A stretch of DNA of 55,692 bases from a virus. Taxonomy: Duplodnaviria > Caudoviricetes. How positions within the stretch are numbered: position 1 is the first letter of the stretch; the number at the start of each line of letters is the position of its first letter. The notes beneath the pieces are model-generated. The model searched no databases. It had not been told where the DNA came from and was given only the letters and a program-made list of their open reading frames with translations. Shown here piece after piece: positions 29,586 to 37,669 of the stretch. The position numbers were made by a program, and so were the translations under genes. The stretch covers positions 1 to 55,692 of the IMG/VR virus record IMGVR_UViG_3300029787_000058. One strand, 5' to 3'.

Positions 29586-29835
29586 AGAACCCGGAGGACC
29601 CTATATCTTTTTGACTTTTTATATTACATACACGTAGACTCAAGAAGTTTTTTAGATTTAATCCTTGAGCAATGCTTGTTACAACATCTTTATTTCTGTT
29701 CATGTGTGCCATTGTTTTCGCTCTTGTTACTAGAGAAACATCTGAAACACGATGTGGTATCGGAGGTTTTTTACCTCTGCCTTTCTTTACATAAATCACA
29801 TCAACCAAATAATAATAAATGGTTTGACCGATCAT
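29551..29835 (-). CDS. Hypothetical basic protein
   Basis: Probable start MIGQT at 29835, ATGA-coupled to upstream gene. Confidence 0.55.
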   Translation of the reverse strand: MIGQTIYYYLVDVIYVKKGRGKKPPIPHRVSDVSLVTRAKTMAHMNRNKDVVTSIAQGLNLKNFLSLRVCNIKSQKDIGSSGFYEEEKYSDEFK

Positions 29836-30320
29836 AAAACTCTTTCTTTTTCTATGACCTTGAAGTTGGACCAATCAGGATACGAGTCTACCATTAACAC
29901 TACCCTCCACTTCATTCCACTCATATCAGATTCATTGGGGATGTCAAAGAAGTGATTTAAAATATTCTTCCCATTAGAATAAGTAATAGCATACAATTCG
30001 TTTACCCTTGCTTGAGATCTTTTATTTACCGTTTCTAAATAAGTGTTGTGATTATTTATGTGGTGCTGTACCGTACAATGACTCATGTTAAATCTTTCTC
30101 CTAACTCCATGTATGTCAAGTGAGTCCTTTCCCTGGCATACTTCCATATCATAGACCTGGCTTCGACTACTGCCCTCTTCCTAGTTCCTGTATATAGATC
30201 ATTAGAATCTATTTTGTTTACCGCTGAAAATATTTCTATTGCTTTGCTCAATAAGTGTTGAGCCTCTATGTGTCGATGCATTTTCTTTTCCTGCATGACA
30301 GAACTTATTTTTTGTGTCAT
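29832..30320 (-). CDS. DnaA C-terminal-like HTH DNA-binding protein
   Basis: TRKR.VVEAR....Y..RE...LTY.ELG..FN..H.TV.H matches the Bac_DnaA_C pattern. Confidence 0.75.
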   Translation of the reverse strand: MTQKISSVMQEKKMHRHIEAQHLLSKAIEIFSAVNKIDSNDLYTGTRKRAVVEARSMIWKYARERTHLTYMELGERFNMSHCTVQHHINNHNTYLETVNKRSQARVNELYAITYSNGKNILNHFFDIPNESDMSGMKWRVVLMVDSYPDWSNFKVIEKERVL

Positions 30321-30331
30321 TTAAAATTGGA

Positions 30332-30508
30332 TTAAAACATTGGGTTATTTGGAAGTATTATTTTTTCGTACCAATGATTGACACCTTCTTTAGTGCCTGA
30401 GAATACCGGTACTCCTCTTCTTAAAAGCCTCCATTCATTTTTTTTCTTGTGATAAATGATAGTATAGTTCCTGTGTATACTATCTCTTTTGTGTTCGAGA
30501 TATGGCAT
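30332..30508 (-). CDS. Small hypothetical protein (58 aa, not in ORF track)
   Basis: MPYLEHKRDS...PMF*, translated by hand. Confidence 0.45.
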   Translation of the reverse strand: MPYLEHKRDSIHRNYTIIYHKKKNEWRLLRRGVPVFSGTKEGVNHWYEKIILPNNPMF

Positions 30509-30635
30509 TTCTTTTTTTTCGATTGAGCCATCTCACATACATCTTACTAGTAACAGCCAGGCGTTGCGGAGCGTATCGAATTTTATTCTTCAATTGAGCG
30601 TTGGCAATTCGCATGAATGTTTCTAAATCTCTCAT
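30480..30635 (-). CDS. Small basic protein (51 aa, not in ORF track)
   Basis: MRDLETFMRIANAQLKNKIRYAPQRLAVTSKMYVRW... Confidence 0.55.
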   Translation of the reverse strand: MRDLETFMRIANAQLKNKIRYAPQRLAVTSKMYVRWLNRKKRNAISRTQKR

Positions 30636-30669
30636 GTGTATAGCGTGAATTTACGTTTTGATAAAATAT

Positions 30670-30751
30670 AATCTATACCCCAAAGACTTCACACCATAGA
30701 CCAAACCATAACACATTCCTAGACGTGGTGATCTATCTTCGGGATAAGATT
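30670..30751 (-). ncRNA. Long RNA hairpin downstream of SSB gene
   Basis: AAUCU-UAUCCCGAAGA pairs with UCUUUGGGGUA-U-AGAUU using G-U pairs available only on the minus strand; inner UCACCA/UGGUGUGA. Confidence 0.55.
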
Positions 30752-30758
30752 ATTTCAT

Positions 30759-31043
30759 TTAGAATGGCATCTCTGTAGAGCCATCAGCAACGGTCTTAGC
30801 CGCAGCGTTCTTTGCATACTTAGCATTGTCAGGATGACGTGGATTAAACACAGAGATAAACGCATCACCATCTGTCTTCATCACTAAATCCATATTGACA
30901 TTCCCTGCTTCACTAGCAAACTTCTTCATTTCTTCGAGTTGTTCTACACGAAATGAGATTGGGTATTTAGATACACCACTATCATAGGTTTTTTTATCGC
31001 CTACATATCCAATATAGACATCCTTTTTCTGTTGATTTTCCAT
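30759..31043 (-). CDS. Putative single-stranded DNA-binding protein
   Basis: Small beta-rich ORF with C-terminal ...EMPF tail, downstream of exonuclease/SSAP pair. Confidence 0.6.
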   Translation of the reverse strand: MENQQKKDVYIGYVGDKKTYDSGVSKYPISFRVEQLEEMKKFASEAGNVNMDLVMKTDGDAFISVFNPRHPDNAKYAKNAAAKTVADGSTEMPF

Positions 31044-31051
31044 AATAAAAA

Positions 31052-31834
31052 TTAAATTTCCCCTTGAATATAAAAATGATTAGAAGGTTTATCGCTCTCA
31101 GCATATTTTTTAATTATGTCTAATGCACGATGCACCTTCTTCCTGCCTGAGTCAAGAGTTTCCTCAGAACATTTTAATGCCATTGGTAAATATGGGTAAA
31201 ATTTGTTTTGGGCTACCCAATAGTAACTATCTATGCCAAATGCCTTACCATATAGATAGCATTGTATATCATATCCCATAGACTTAACGTCTCTTTTGAA
31301 CGCCCACATTGACGACGCTCTGGTCGATTTAAGGTCGGTTATGAAGCCATCACCCAACACATCTAGAAATCCCCGGAAAGGAATAACATGACCATTGATC
31401 TCAAGTTCCTTGTTAAATTCTACCTGATATTCTCCGCTTAAATAAATATCTCTTACTCCGCTATCCTCTAATCTTGTGATCATATCTATTGCTTGTTGAT
31501 GTTCCTCAACTGATAGATGTCTTTTACCTGCGGATGCTTCTTCCTGTTCTTTGAGCCATTCCTTATAGGCTTTTGTTCCTCTAGGATTCTTGCCACCTAT
31601 CTCCGCAAGTATTTCCTCCTCTTCCAAGACAAAGAATTGTTCATCAAATTTATCAGGAGTGAATAGCATAACGTCATACGCAGCACCAAAAGTAAAAGCC
31701 TGTGAGTCCTTCTTTAGTTTACCCTGAAGATACATCTCTCCCTTTACTACATCATCTAGAAAATGTTTAATAGAAGAGTAAGACAGATATTTCTTTTGAG
31801 TCTTTTGAATTACCTTCTCAAACCAGGGACTCAT
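31052..31834 (-). CDS. RecE/exonuclease VIII-like PD-(D/E)xK nuclease
   Basis: LSYSSIK.F, FG.A, RGFLD, ITDLKST, GYDIQ..LY. Confidence 0.85.
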   Translation of the reverse strand: MSPWFEKVIQKTQKKYLSYSSIKHFLDDVVKGEMYLQGKLKKDSQAFTFGAAYDVMLFTPDKFDEQFFVLEEEEILAEIGGKNPRGTKAYKEWLKEQEEASAGKRHLSVEEHQQAIDMITRLEDSGVRDIYLSGEYQVEFNKELEINGHVIPFRGFLDVLGDGFITDLKSTRASSMWAFKRDVKSMGYDIQCYLYGKAFGIDSYYWVAQNKFYPYLPMALKCSEETLDSGRKKVHRALDIIKKYAESDKPSNHFYIQGEI

Positions 31835-32454
31835 TTTTTCGCAGGCTTAACAGCATTATCAAGAAGACTCTTATGTCTATCACCTAATTTAAACATATCC
31901 TCAAGCCTAACGATCGCCTTTGTTCTAAGTTCATTCCTTTCAGGAACATTCTTTCCTTTGATTATATAATCAACTGCTTTAATAACCAACTTCATCTTTT
32001 CATTTTCAGGCATATCCTCTTCAACAGCGATATCCTTAGCGACAGGTGATTTCTTTTTGGCAGGTTTAGATGCAGTCTTTTTACCTGTAATACCTGCTTC
32101 ATCTTTAGCAATAGCAATCTCTACTTCATCTGCCGATGCCATAGATGTGTCGATACCAATAGCCAACATAGCCAATGCTCTACCTACTGCTGATGTTTCG
32201 CAGTTCTCTATATAGGAAGTCTTATTAATATAAGATGCTTCCTGAACTTCATGTGCTAATCCTGTAGATTTAATGATTCCTTCGGAGTTTTTTATAGTAG
32301 TCTTCATTACTACTTCTCCACCATCCATAGAAATTATTTCTGTATCTATCGACCATCCTTTATATTCAGGACTAATTCTAAAATACTTTACTCTCTCAGT
32401 TACTTCAACGTATTGTTTTCCTTTTACGTTGGTGGTTTTAAATTGGTACGCCAT
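31831..32454 (-). CDS. Single-strand annealing protein (Rad52/Sak-like)
   Basis: GKQYVEV.ERV..FR and ENCETSAVGRALA motifs; adjacent to exonuclease. Confidence 0.65.
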   Translation of the reverse strand: MAYQFKTTNVKGKQYVEVTERVKYFRISPEYKGWSIDTEIISMDGGEVVMKTTIKNSEGIIKSTGLAHEVQEASYINKTSYIENCETSAVGRALAMLAIGIDTSMASADEVEIAIAKDEAGITGKKTASKPAKKKSPVAKDIAVEEDMPENEKMKLVIKAVDYIIKGKNVPERNELRTKAIVRLEDMFKLGDRHKSLLDNAVKPAKK

Positions 32455-32496
32455 GGTTTTTATTTTTATAAATTAAAGTTGATACAAGTTACAATG

Positions 32497-32625
32497 TTAA
32501 TTTCTTTTAAACAAATTATACTCTAAATCTTTTGCTATTCCTAAATCTAATTTATCAGGATCGCTGTAATAATTACTCTTAATATGTAACATCCATTCTA
32601 CATAGGACTTTTTTTTCTTTTTCAT
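32497..32625 (-). CDS. Small hypothetical protein
   Basis: Probable start MKKKKKSYVEW at 32625 (ATGA-coupled). Confidence 0.45.
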   Translation of the reverse strand: MKKKKKSYVEWMLHIKSNYYSDPDKLDLGIAKDLEYNLFKRN

Positions 32626-32783
32626 TCTAATAATGATGTAATGAAATTTACTATTGTGTACATTATAAAAAATGGCACACCATATATAACAAGAAATGCG
32701 AAACATTCTAGTAACAGCGATGGCTTTTTACGTGGTTCAAACCTATCAGGTGTATACTCTCTTCCTTTCCAATCTTTTTCCAT
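32622..32783 (-). CDS. Small membrane protein (53 aa, not in track)
   Basis: MEKDWKG...CFAFLVIYGVPFFIMYTIVNFITSLLE*; TAATG/ATGA coupled on both sides. Confidence 0.55.
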   Translation of the reverse strand: MEKDWKGREYTPDRFEPRKKPSLLLECFAFLVIYGVPFFIMYTIVNFITSLLE

Positions 32784-32974
32784 TATGCTATTGTATTAGT
32801 GATAGTATTTACTATCGGTTGATTAAACTTTTTATCTATGAAACGTAACCGCTTCTGCACGTTGTGAACTTCTCCACGAACGATTGCTGAATTCATTGCG
32901 CCTGATAAGGTATAAATAAATTCTAAATCTCGGTTAATGTCCTTGATTATTTCCTCCAATGATTCTTTTTCCAT
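32783..32974 (-). CDS. Hypothetical protein
   Basis: Probable start MEKESLEE at 32974. Confidence 0.55.
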   Translation of the reverse strand: MEKESLEEIIKDINRDLEFIYTLSGAMNSAIVRGEVHNVQKRLRFIDKKFNQPIVNTITNTIA

Positions 32975-32975
32975 G

Positions 32976-33191
32976 TCAAATAGATTTTTTCTTTTCGTAT
33001 TCTCTCTCCCAACATAGAGCAAGGTGTTTCACTTCTCTATTATCTAGCATCAGGGATAACCCATTTGCTTTAATGTATACCGATCCACCTGAATGATGTG
33101 CCGGTATTTTTCTATCCTTTAAATAGACTACTGCTTTTACAGGATGATGGTTTACTTTCCTTTCGGTATGTGTACTTGTGAACTTTTTCAT
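32976..33191 (-). CDS. Hypothetical protein
   Basis: 71-aa ORF in tightly packed early operon. Confidence 0.55.
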   Translation of the reverse strand: MKKFTSTHTERKVNHHPVKAVVYLKDRKIPAHHSGGSVYIKANGLSLMLDNREVKHLALCWEREYEKKKSI

Positions 33192-33193
33192 GC

Positions 33194-33346
33194 CTAATCA
33201 AGTTTATCGTCTAATATGTAGTTAAACTTATTATAGCATTCCTTAGAACAAAACAAGGTGTTTGTTTCCTCTTCACATTCTAAGCAGTAACCGCTAGTGT
33301 CTTCTGTCCAAGGATTTCCTTGGTCTAATCCTTCGTCGTGGTTCAT
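33194..33346 (-). CDS. Small zinc-finger protein (50 aa, not in track)
   Basis: ...YCLECEEETNTLFCSKECY... gives CxxC-x8-CxxxC. Confidence 0.6.
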   Translation of the reverse strand: MNHDEGLDQGNPWTEDTSGYCLECEEETNTLFCSKECYNKFNYILDDKLD

Positions 33347-33348
33347 AA

Positions 33349-33930
33349 TTAATTTCTTACTATTCCCCAAACGATTGCTTGGAATTCATACCCTCGTACA
33401 CCTACCATCTCTGCACATTTTAGTGTTAATTGTTCTAACTGCTTGTACCTGAGTGGTGTCAATCCTGATTCAATAGTCTTGCCGAAGCAGGCTCTTAGAT
33501 GCCATACATCTATGGTCACTTTGCTAGCATCTAGTTCAGCAATGTTTTTTACAAAAGAATAGGTCTTGGGTGATGCCTGATCGATCCCTCTCTCACCTTT
33601 AGCAATCTCAAATGCTTTGTTCTTATTGCTATGGAATGTAGATACCTTGACATCTTCGGGATTCTTACCCTCATTAACCGCTTTTAGAACTGTTCTAGTG
33701 TCAATGATATTTCTCTCCCATTTGTTTCTAGGACTTAGTGCGCTGATTACTTGTGCAACAACAGCGGGATCATAGTCTAATTGCTTTCCCATGTCTATAC
33801 AGATTTGGTTAGCATTCTTGTACCATTGCATACCTTCTTGTGTATGTTGGTCTGTACGTTTTTCGTACATCTCTAGAAGATTCTTTTTTATCTTCCTCTT
33901 GTGATAAGGTGATAGTGATTTGATTTTCAT
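33349..33930 (-). CDS. HhH-glycosylase-like phage protein
   Basis: G..WY, ALSP...W..N, KT.SF..N, VTIDVWH.R, QA..W motifs. Confidence 0.55.
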   Translation of the reverse strand: MKIKSLSPYHKRKIKKNLLEMYEKRTDQHTQEGMQWYKNANQICIDMGKQLDYDPAVVAQVISALSPRNKWERNIIDTRTVLKAVNEGKNPEDVKVSTFHSNKNKAFEIAKGERGIDQASPKTYSFVKNIAELDASKVTIDVWHLRACFGKTIESGLTPLRYKQLEQLTLKCAEMVGVRGYEFQAIVWGIVRN

Positions 33931-33975
33931 AATTAAGGATTTGGTTTTGGTTTCTCGTACGTATATAATATAGGG

Positions 33976-34179
33976 CTAACTTGTCAGTTCATGCAATTCT
34001 GAAGGATTAGTAGTGCCATATCTCTTCTCGTATGTTTTTAACATAGCCATTATTGTATCGTATAGGGCTGAGTCTTCAGGAAGGGACATCCCCTCGTTAC
34101 TTCTCTTTTTCAGAGCAAATAGTTCTTTGTTTAGAACAATCAATGTTTGAATTTCATTTAAATTTTTAGATAAAATCAT
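33976..34179 (-). CDS. Hypothetical early protein
   Basis: 67-aa ORF in operon. Confidence 0.5.
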   Translation of the reverse strand: MILSKNLNEIQTLIVLNKELFALKKRSNEGMSLPEDSALYDTIMAMLKTYEKRYGTTNPSELHELTS

Positions 34180-34286
34180 GATATTATAAGTTTAATTATT
34201 GTATAAATTACTGCAAAGTAAGCAAGAAACATAACAACAATTCCTAAAATACCTACAGCGATCGTCATTCTCGGTCTCAATCTCAT
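34176..34286 (-). CDS. Single-TM micropeptide (36 aa, not in track)
   Basis: MRLRPRMTIAVGILGIVVMFLAYFAVIYTIIKLIIS*; ATGA overlap at both ends. Confidence 0.5.
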   Translation of the reverse strand: MRLRPRMTIAVGILGIVVMFLAYFAVIYTIIKLIIS

Positions 34287-34453
34287 GCATTCATGGCTTT
34301 AACATATTCGTCATACTCTGCAAGAAATTTTTCTTTGTACTTAGGATCAGTCATTGCTAGTGCTAATTCTCTGATCCAATCTTCATCATGCATAAGGCAA
34401 TTATTTCGGTCAACTTCATACATATAGGTTAGCATCTCTTCGATATCCTTCAT
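34283..34453 (-). CDS. Hypothetical early protein (56 aa, not in track)
   Basis: MKDIEEMLTYMYEVDRNN...; ATGA coupled. Confidence 0.55.
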   Translation of the reverse strand: MKDIEEMLTYMYEVDRNNCLMHDEDWIRELALAMTDPKYKEKFLAEYDEYVKAMNA

Positions 34454-34689
34454 AACCCTAAGTGATATTTAAGTGTTCCTATTGCCATCTCATCCTGATA
34501 CATTTCTCTCGCTTGATCTTCAATAGATCTCAGCGTGTACGGCTCAACATCCTCTACTCTATCTAGTAGTTCATTAAAGTAGTCTTGGGCCTCTTCGGTA
34601 TAAGAGCCGTTTAAACGTGCTTTACCTTGGAAGTGTTGATCGACATACTTGCCAACCGCCTCTATGATTTCAATTTGTCTGTCTGTCAT
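34450..34689 (-). CDS. Hypothetical early protein
   Basis: ATGA-coupled ORF. Confidence 0.6.
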   Translation of the reverse strand: MTDRQIEIIEAVGKYVDQHFQGKARLNGSYTEEAQDYFNELLDRVEDVEPYTLRSIEDQAREMYQDEMAIGTLKYHLGL

Positions 34690-34919
34690 GATTTAAAACT
34701 TTTGTTGTATTCATAGTCATCAATTAGACTTTCCAATTGATTTTTATCCTCTAACTCGTATAGATTTAACTGCTTTGCTTCTAGACATCTTCCGATGTAT
34801 GTGCTAGTGCCATTGCCATCATTCCAAATTGTTACGTTAGGAATGTTTGTTTTGCATTCGTATCCGACTCCTCTTCGAGTATCGAAATACCTTACTGAAA
34901 TTACTTTTAAGTCCTTCAT
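34686..34919 (-). CDS. Hypothetical early protein
   Basis: VRYFDTRRGVGYECKT..IWNDGNG; ATGA coupled. Confidence 0.65.
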   Translation of the reverse strand: MKDLKVISVRYFDTRRGVGYECKTNIPNVTIWNDGNGTSTYIGRCLEAKQLNLYELEDKNQLESLIDDYEYNKSFKS

Positions 34920-35224
34920 AAGTTCTGCGCTTTAATAAATTTAACTACGCTATCGTATGCATCAATATTATCGTGGTTTAAGATTGCTAAATCAATAGCC
35001 CCCATTAAACTCCTCCATTCGTTTGATTCCGGATATCGCCTTCTCGACTTTCGACATTTCCATATCACCGGCATAATCCAATCCCATGAAGTATCCCACA
35101 TTGGGTCTTCTGTTACATAATCATCCACTTCTGTGGAGTAACATACTCTGCCATCATCATAGAATTCGCATTCCATGAACTTAGCAATTAACATATCGGT
35201 TTTATCTAAACTAACTGAATTCAT
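34916..35224 (-). CDS. Hypothetical early protein
   Basis: LIAKFM...SWDWIMPV..K...VVKFI pattern. Confidence 0.65.
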   Translation of the reverse strand: MNSVSLDKTDMLIAKFMECEFYDDGRVCYSTEVDDYVTEDPMWDTSWDWIMPVIWKCRKSRRRYPESNEWRSLMGAIDLAILNHDNIDAYDSVVKFIKAQNL

Positions 35225-35227
35225 AAT

Positions 35228-35494
35228 CTATTTAACTTTAAAATTGAATGTTCGCACTTTGCGGAACGTGTTATCAGGATTAATACTCGTCAACTTGACT
35301 ACCTGTAATCCGGCACAGGTCATTCTCTTCTCTGCAATCTCTTCTCCACCAAAACAGCGGAAGAATTCTTGCGTATCTAGATTAGTAATTTTATCGAAAG
35401 TATCCCAATCAATGGTACTTACTTTTCTTTTCTCGGACATCTCGCCAATGGTTTGGCTTGTCTCGATCATCTCAATATCAAAATTTTGTTTCAT
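35228..35494 (-). CDS. Hypothetical early protein
   Basis: 88-aa ORF with early leader CCAAATCCAAACC-ATG. Confidence 0.65.
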   Translation of the reverse strand: MKQNFDIEMIETSQTIGEMSEKRKVSTIDWDTFDKITNLDTQEFFRCFGGEEIAEKRMTCAGLQVVKLTSINPDNTFRKVRTFNFKVK

Positions 35495-35570
35495 GGTTTG
35501 GATTTGGTTTTTGGTTCATGTACGTATATAAATTAGCAAACATTTTTTTGCATTCCAACAATTATTTTTT
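35495..35570 (-). promoter_or_regulatory. Repeated early promoter/leader (also 33931-33975 and 37670-37745)
   Basis: Minus strand TA..TT.TATACGTAC...AACC..AAATCC...ATG in three places; two copies have an upstream TTGGAA...GCAAAAAA. Confidence 0.65.
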
Positions 35571-35593
35571 TTCCCATAGGGAACTTTTTAAGG

Positions 35594-35779
35594 TTAACCT
35601 AGGTCGAACGTATAATGTAAGTCTTCAGCCATTCCGCTAACTTTTTCCAGTAAATAAATGGCATCTTCCGCAGGCCGGATAAGTTCTTCCCGAATATTTA
35701 AATCGGCTAGTGTTATTTTTTCGTCTTCTAATTTTTCAAGTAGTTCGACTAAGGTTGCAAGATCAGATGTAGTATTCAT
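35594..35779 (-). CDS. Acidic early protein, tandem paralog A
   Basis: LVELLEKLEDEKITLADL.I...I.P...AI.LL.KV shared with 35883-36062. Confidence 0.7.
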   Translation of the reverse strand: MNTTSDLATLVELLEKLEDEKITLADLNIREELIRPAEDAIYLLEKVSGMAEDLHYTFDLG

Positions 35780-35799
35780 AATTAATTTATTTAAGGTTT

Positions 35800-35847
35800 C
35801 CGTTTCATCCTTTTGGAATCGTCAGCCAAGGTTGCACCTTGATACGG
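35800..35847 (-). ncRNA. Type III hammerhead ribozyme
   Basis: CCGU-A^-UCAAGGU GCA ACCUUGG-CUGACGA-U UCC AAAA GGA U-GAAACGG. Confidence 0.85.
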
Positions 35848-35882
35848 TAGCAGTTTAATATCATGCTCAGGATAAGAAATAC

Positions 35883-36062
35883 TTATTTAAGGTTAACTTT
35901 TTGAAGTAAAGTGATGGCCTCTTGTACAGGGTCAATAATGTCATGCTGAATATCTAAATCGGCTATTGTTATTTCACCATCATCTAATTTTTCAAGTAGA
36001 TCAACTAAGTTGTCAAGATCTGTTATTCCTAATTCTAAATTTCCAAAATCAATAGTATTCAT
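35883..36062 (-). CDS. Acidic early protein, tandem paralog B
   Basis: Probable start MNTIDF at 36062; the track's start at 36101 lies inside the ribozyme. Confidence 0.7.
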   Translation of the reverse strand: MNTIDFGNLELGITDLDNLVDLLEKLDDGEITIADLDIQHDIIDPVQEAITLLQKVNLK

Positions 36063-36080
36063 AATAAATTTATTTAAGAT

Positions 36081-36132
36081 TTCCGTTTCATGCTTTTGCA
36101 ATCATCAGTTAAGGTTACACCTTAATACGGAA
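36081..36132 (-). ncRNA. Type III hammerhead ribozyme
   Basis: UUCCGU-A^-UUAAGGU GUA ACCUUAA-CUGAUGA-U UGC AAAA GCA U-GAAACGGAA; compensatory changes relative to the 35800 copy. Confidence 0.88.
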
Positions 36133-36163
36133 GCAGTTTTACATCTTGCTTAGGATAGATGGT

Positions 36164-36469
36164 CTATGACCAGACTCTCATTCCGCTTTGCTTGAACCAT
36201 TCATCATCCGTTAGGATGTCTTCGGGGTCTTTTAGTTGTTCCCACATTGACTTTAAATCGGAAACATCCTTTTGATTCTGCGTAAAGTTGTCGACAAAGT
36301 CAGATCGGTAACCATACCAAGACTCTGCAACGTGAATTTGAGAACATTCTGAATAAACACTAACATATGGTTCTTTTAGACTGCACCACCATCCGTTATC
36401 TTCTTCATCCCATAAGTCTTCGACTAGAGGATGATTTTCTATCAATTGAATTAATTTTGCTTTTCTCAT
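36164..36469 (-). CDS. Hypothetical early protein
   Basis: 101-aa acidic, Trp-rich ORF. Confidence 0.6.
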   Translation of the reverse strand: MRKAKLIQLIENHPLVEDLWDEEDNGWWCSLKEPYVSVYSECSQIHVAESWYGYRSDFVDNFTQNQKDVSDLKSMWEQLKDPEDILTDDEWFKQSGMRVWS

Positions 36470-36480
36470 GATTTAATAAA

Positions 36481-36927
36481 TTAAAGGTTAATTGAACTTA
36501 AAGGTTTCATCTCTTCTTGATAATCAAATGCTATAAAGGCTTTTATAGTTGAATCCTCTACACAGCGATAACCAAGATATATCAGATGCAAAGCCATATG
36601 GTTATAATAATTTTCAATTATTTTGTCCTCTAGGTCTTCGGACAAATTGTCTGTCTCTAAAAGAGATTTAGCCAATGAAAGTACATCACCATTATAGATT
36701 GGTAAATCAATAATACTTGGTAAGCCACTTAGCCATTCGGCTAGATTCTTTTGAATTGGAAGGTGGCAGTTATTCTTATGAATAAATTCCTTTAGGAATG
36801 TCGTGAACAAAAACTCCATCTTTTCAGATGGTGTATCTGTCTTCACTTGGTACTCTGTACCATCGATCTTGTCTAGTAAATAAGTATAGATATTATTCCT
36901 ATACTGCGAAGAATTTGTCTTTAACAT
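36481..36927 (-). CDS. Hypothetical early protein
   Basis: EWLSGLPS.I.LP.YN pattern. Confidence 0.65.
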   Translation of the reverse strand: MLKTNSSQYRNNIYTYLLDKIDGTEYQVKTDTPSEKMEFLFTTFLKEFIHKNNCHLPIQKNLAEWLSGLPSIIDLPIYNGDVLSLAKSLLETDNLSEDLEDKIIENYYNHMALHLIYLGYRCVEDSTIKAFIAFDYQEEMKPLSSINL

Positions 36928-36947
36928 GGTTATGGATTTTTAAGTTT

Positions 36948-37001
36948 AACCTGACCTCCTAAAGGAGGTTTCGTCCCATCTCAGGGTACTCATCAGAGGT
37001 T
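36948..37001 (-). ncRNA. Type I hammerhead ribozyme
   Basis: AACCU-CUGAUGA-GUACCC UGAGAU GGGAC-GAAA-CCUCC UUUA GGAGG-UC^-AGGUU; canonical core and GUC triplet. Confidence 0.92.
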
Positions 37002-37316
37002 TTATGAATTGCTTATCCTAATTTTTATCGGCAAATTATAGAGATCTTTATATTCAGAATCATTGAGTATATAGTCAAGTAATATTTGTCTGTGTCTATG
37101 AGATAATGAAGCATAGAATCTCATAAATCCTAGAGTATTATCATCTGATTCATCACAGAACTGATTGAACTTTTTTAGGAAGTGATCGGTATTAAAGCAT
37201 ATTCCAGTTGATCCAACATTTCCGTATCTTGGGAAGGCTTTCTCTATGAAATCATACTCATAGTTAAAAGCATACATTAAGACTAGATTATAGTTATCGA
37301 AGGTTTTCTTTGTCAT
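37002..37316 (-). CDS. Hypothetical early protein
   Basis: 104-aa ORF ending at the ribozyme. Confidence 0.6.
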   Translation of the reverse strand: MTKKTFDNYNLVLMYAFNYEYDFIEKAFPRYGNVGSTGICFNTDHFLKKFNQFCDESDDNTLGFMRFYASLSHRHRQILLDYILNDSEYKDLYNLPIKIRISNS

Positions 37317-37342
37317 GATATTTAATTTTACAGGTTATTAAT

Positions 37343-37669
37343 TTACTTGAGATTATTTTTTAGAAACCTTTTCAAGGTTCTAGAGATTAGAGTGAGATCA
37401 TATTTTAACTCGTCAAGTTCAGAGAACTTATTTACGTTATATCTTTTTCTGAATGAAAAATTGTCCATACCTCCTTCGGAGTCTATGTAAACAAATTGGT
37501 TATTCGTTCGAATAAGGTTTACTTCTAAGTAAGAGGGCCAAGTTGATCCTCCGTAGGAGCAAGGAATTTCACTAAAGGAGTCTTCGTGTTCTTTATATAC
37601 TCTTACTAATTCTTTAGCAGTGTTAACTCTCTTGAGTAATGTAGTAGATATGGTTCTTTTGTTTTTCAT
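37343..37669 (-). CDS. Hypothetical early protein (first of early operon)
   Basis: 108-aa ORF downstream of early promoter at about 37700-37745. Confidence 0.6.
   Translation of the reverse strand: MKNKRTISTTLLKRVNTAKELVRVYKEHEDSFSEIPCSYGGSTWPSYLEVNLIRTNNQFVYIDSEGGMDNFSFRKRYNVNKFSELDELKYDLTLISRTLKRFLKNNLK

Noticed and set aside
36063-36101. N-terminal extension MQKHETE... of ORF 35883-36101
   Set aside because: The TTG start lies inside the hammerhead; the paralog supports ATG at 36062.
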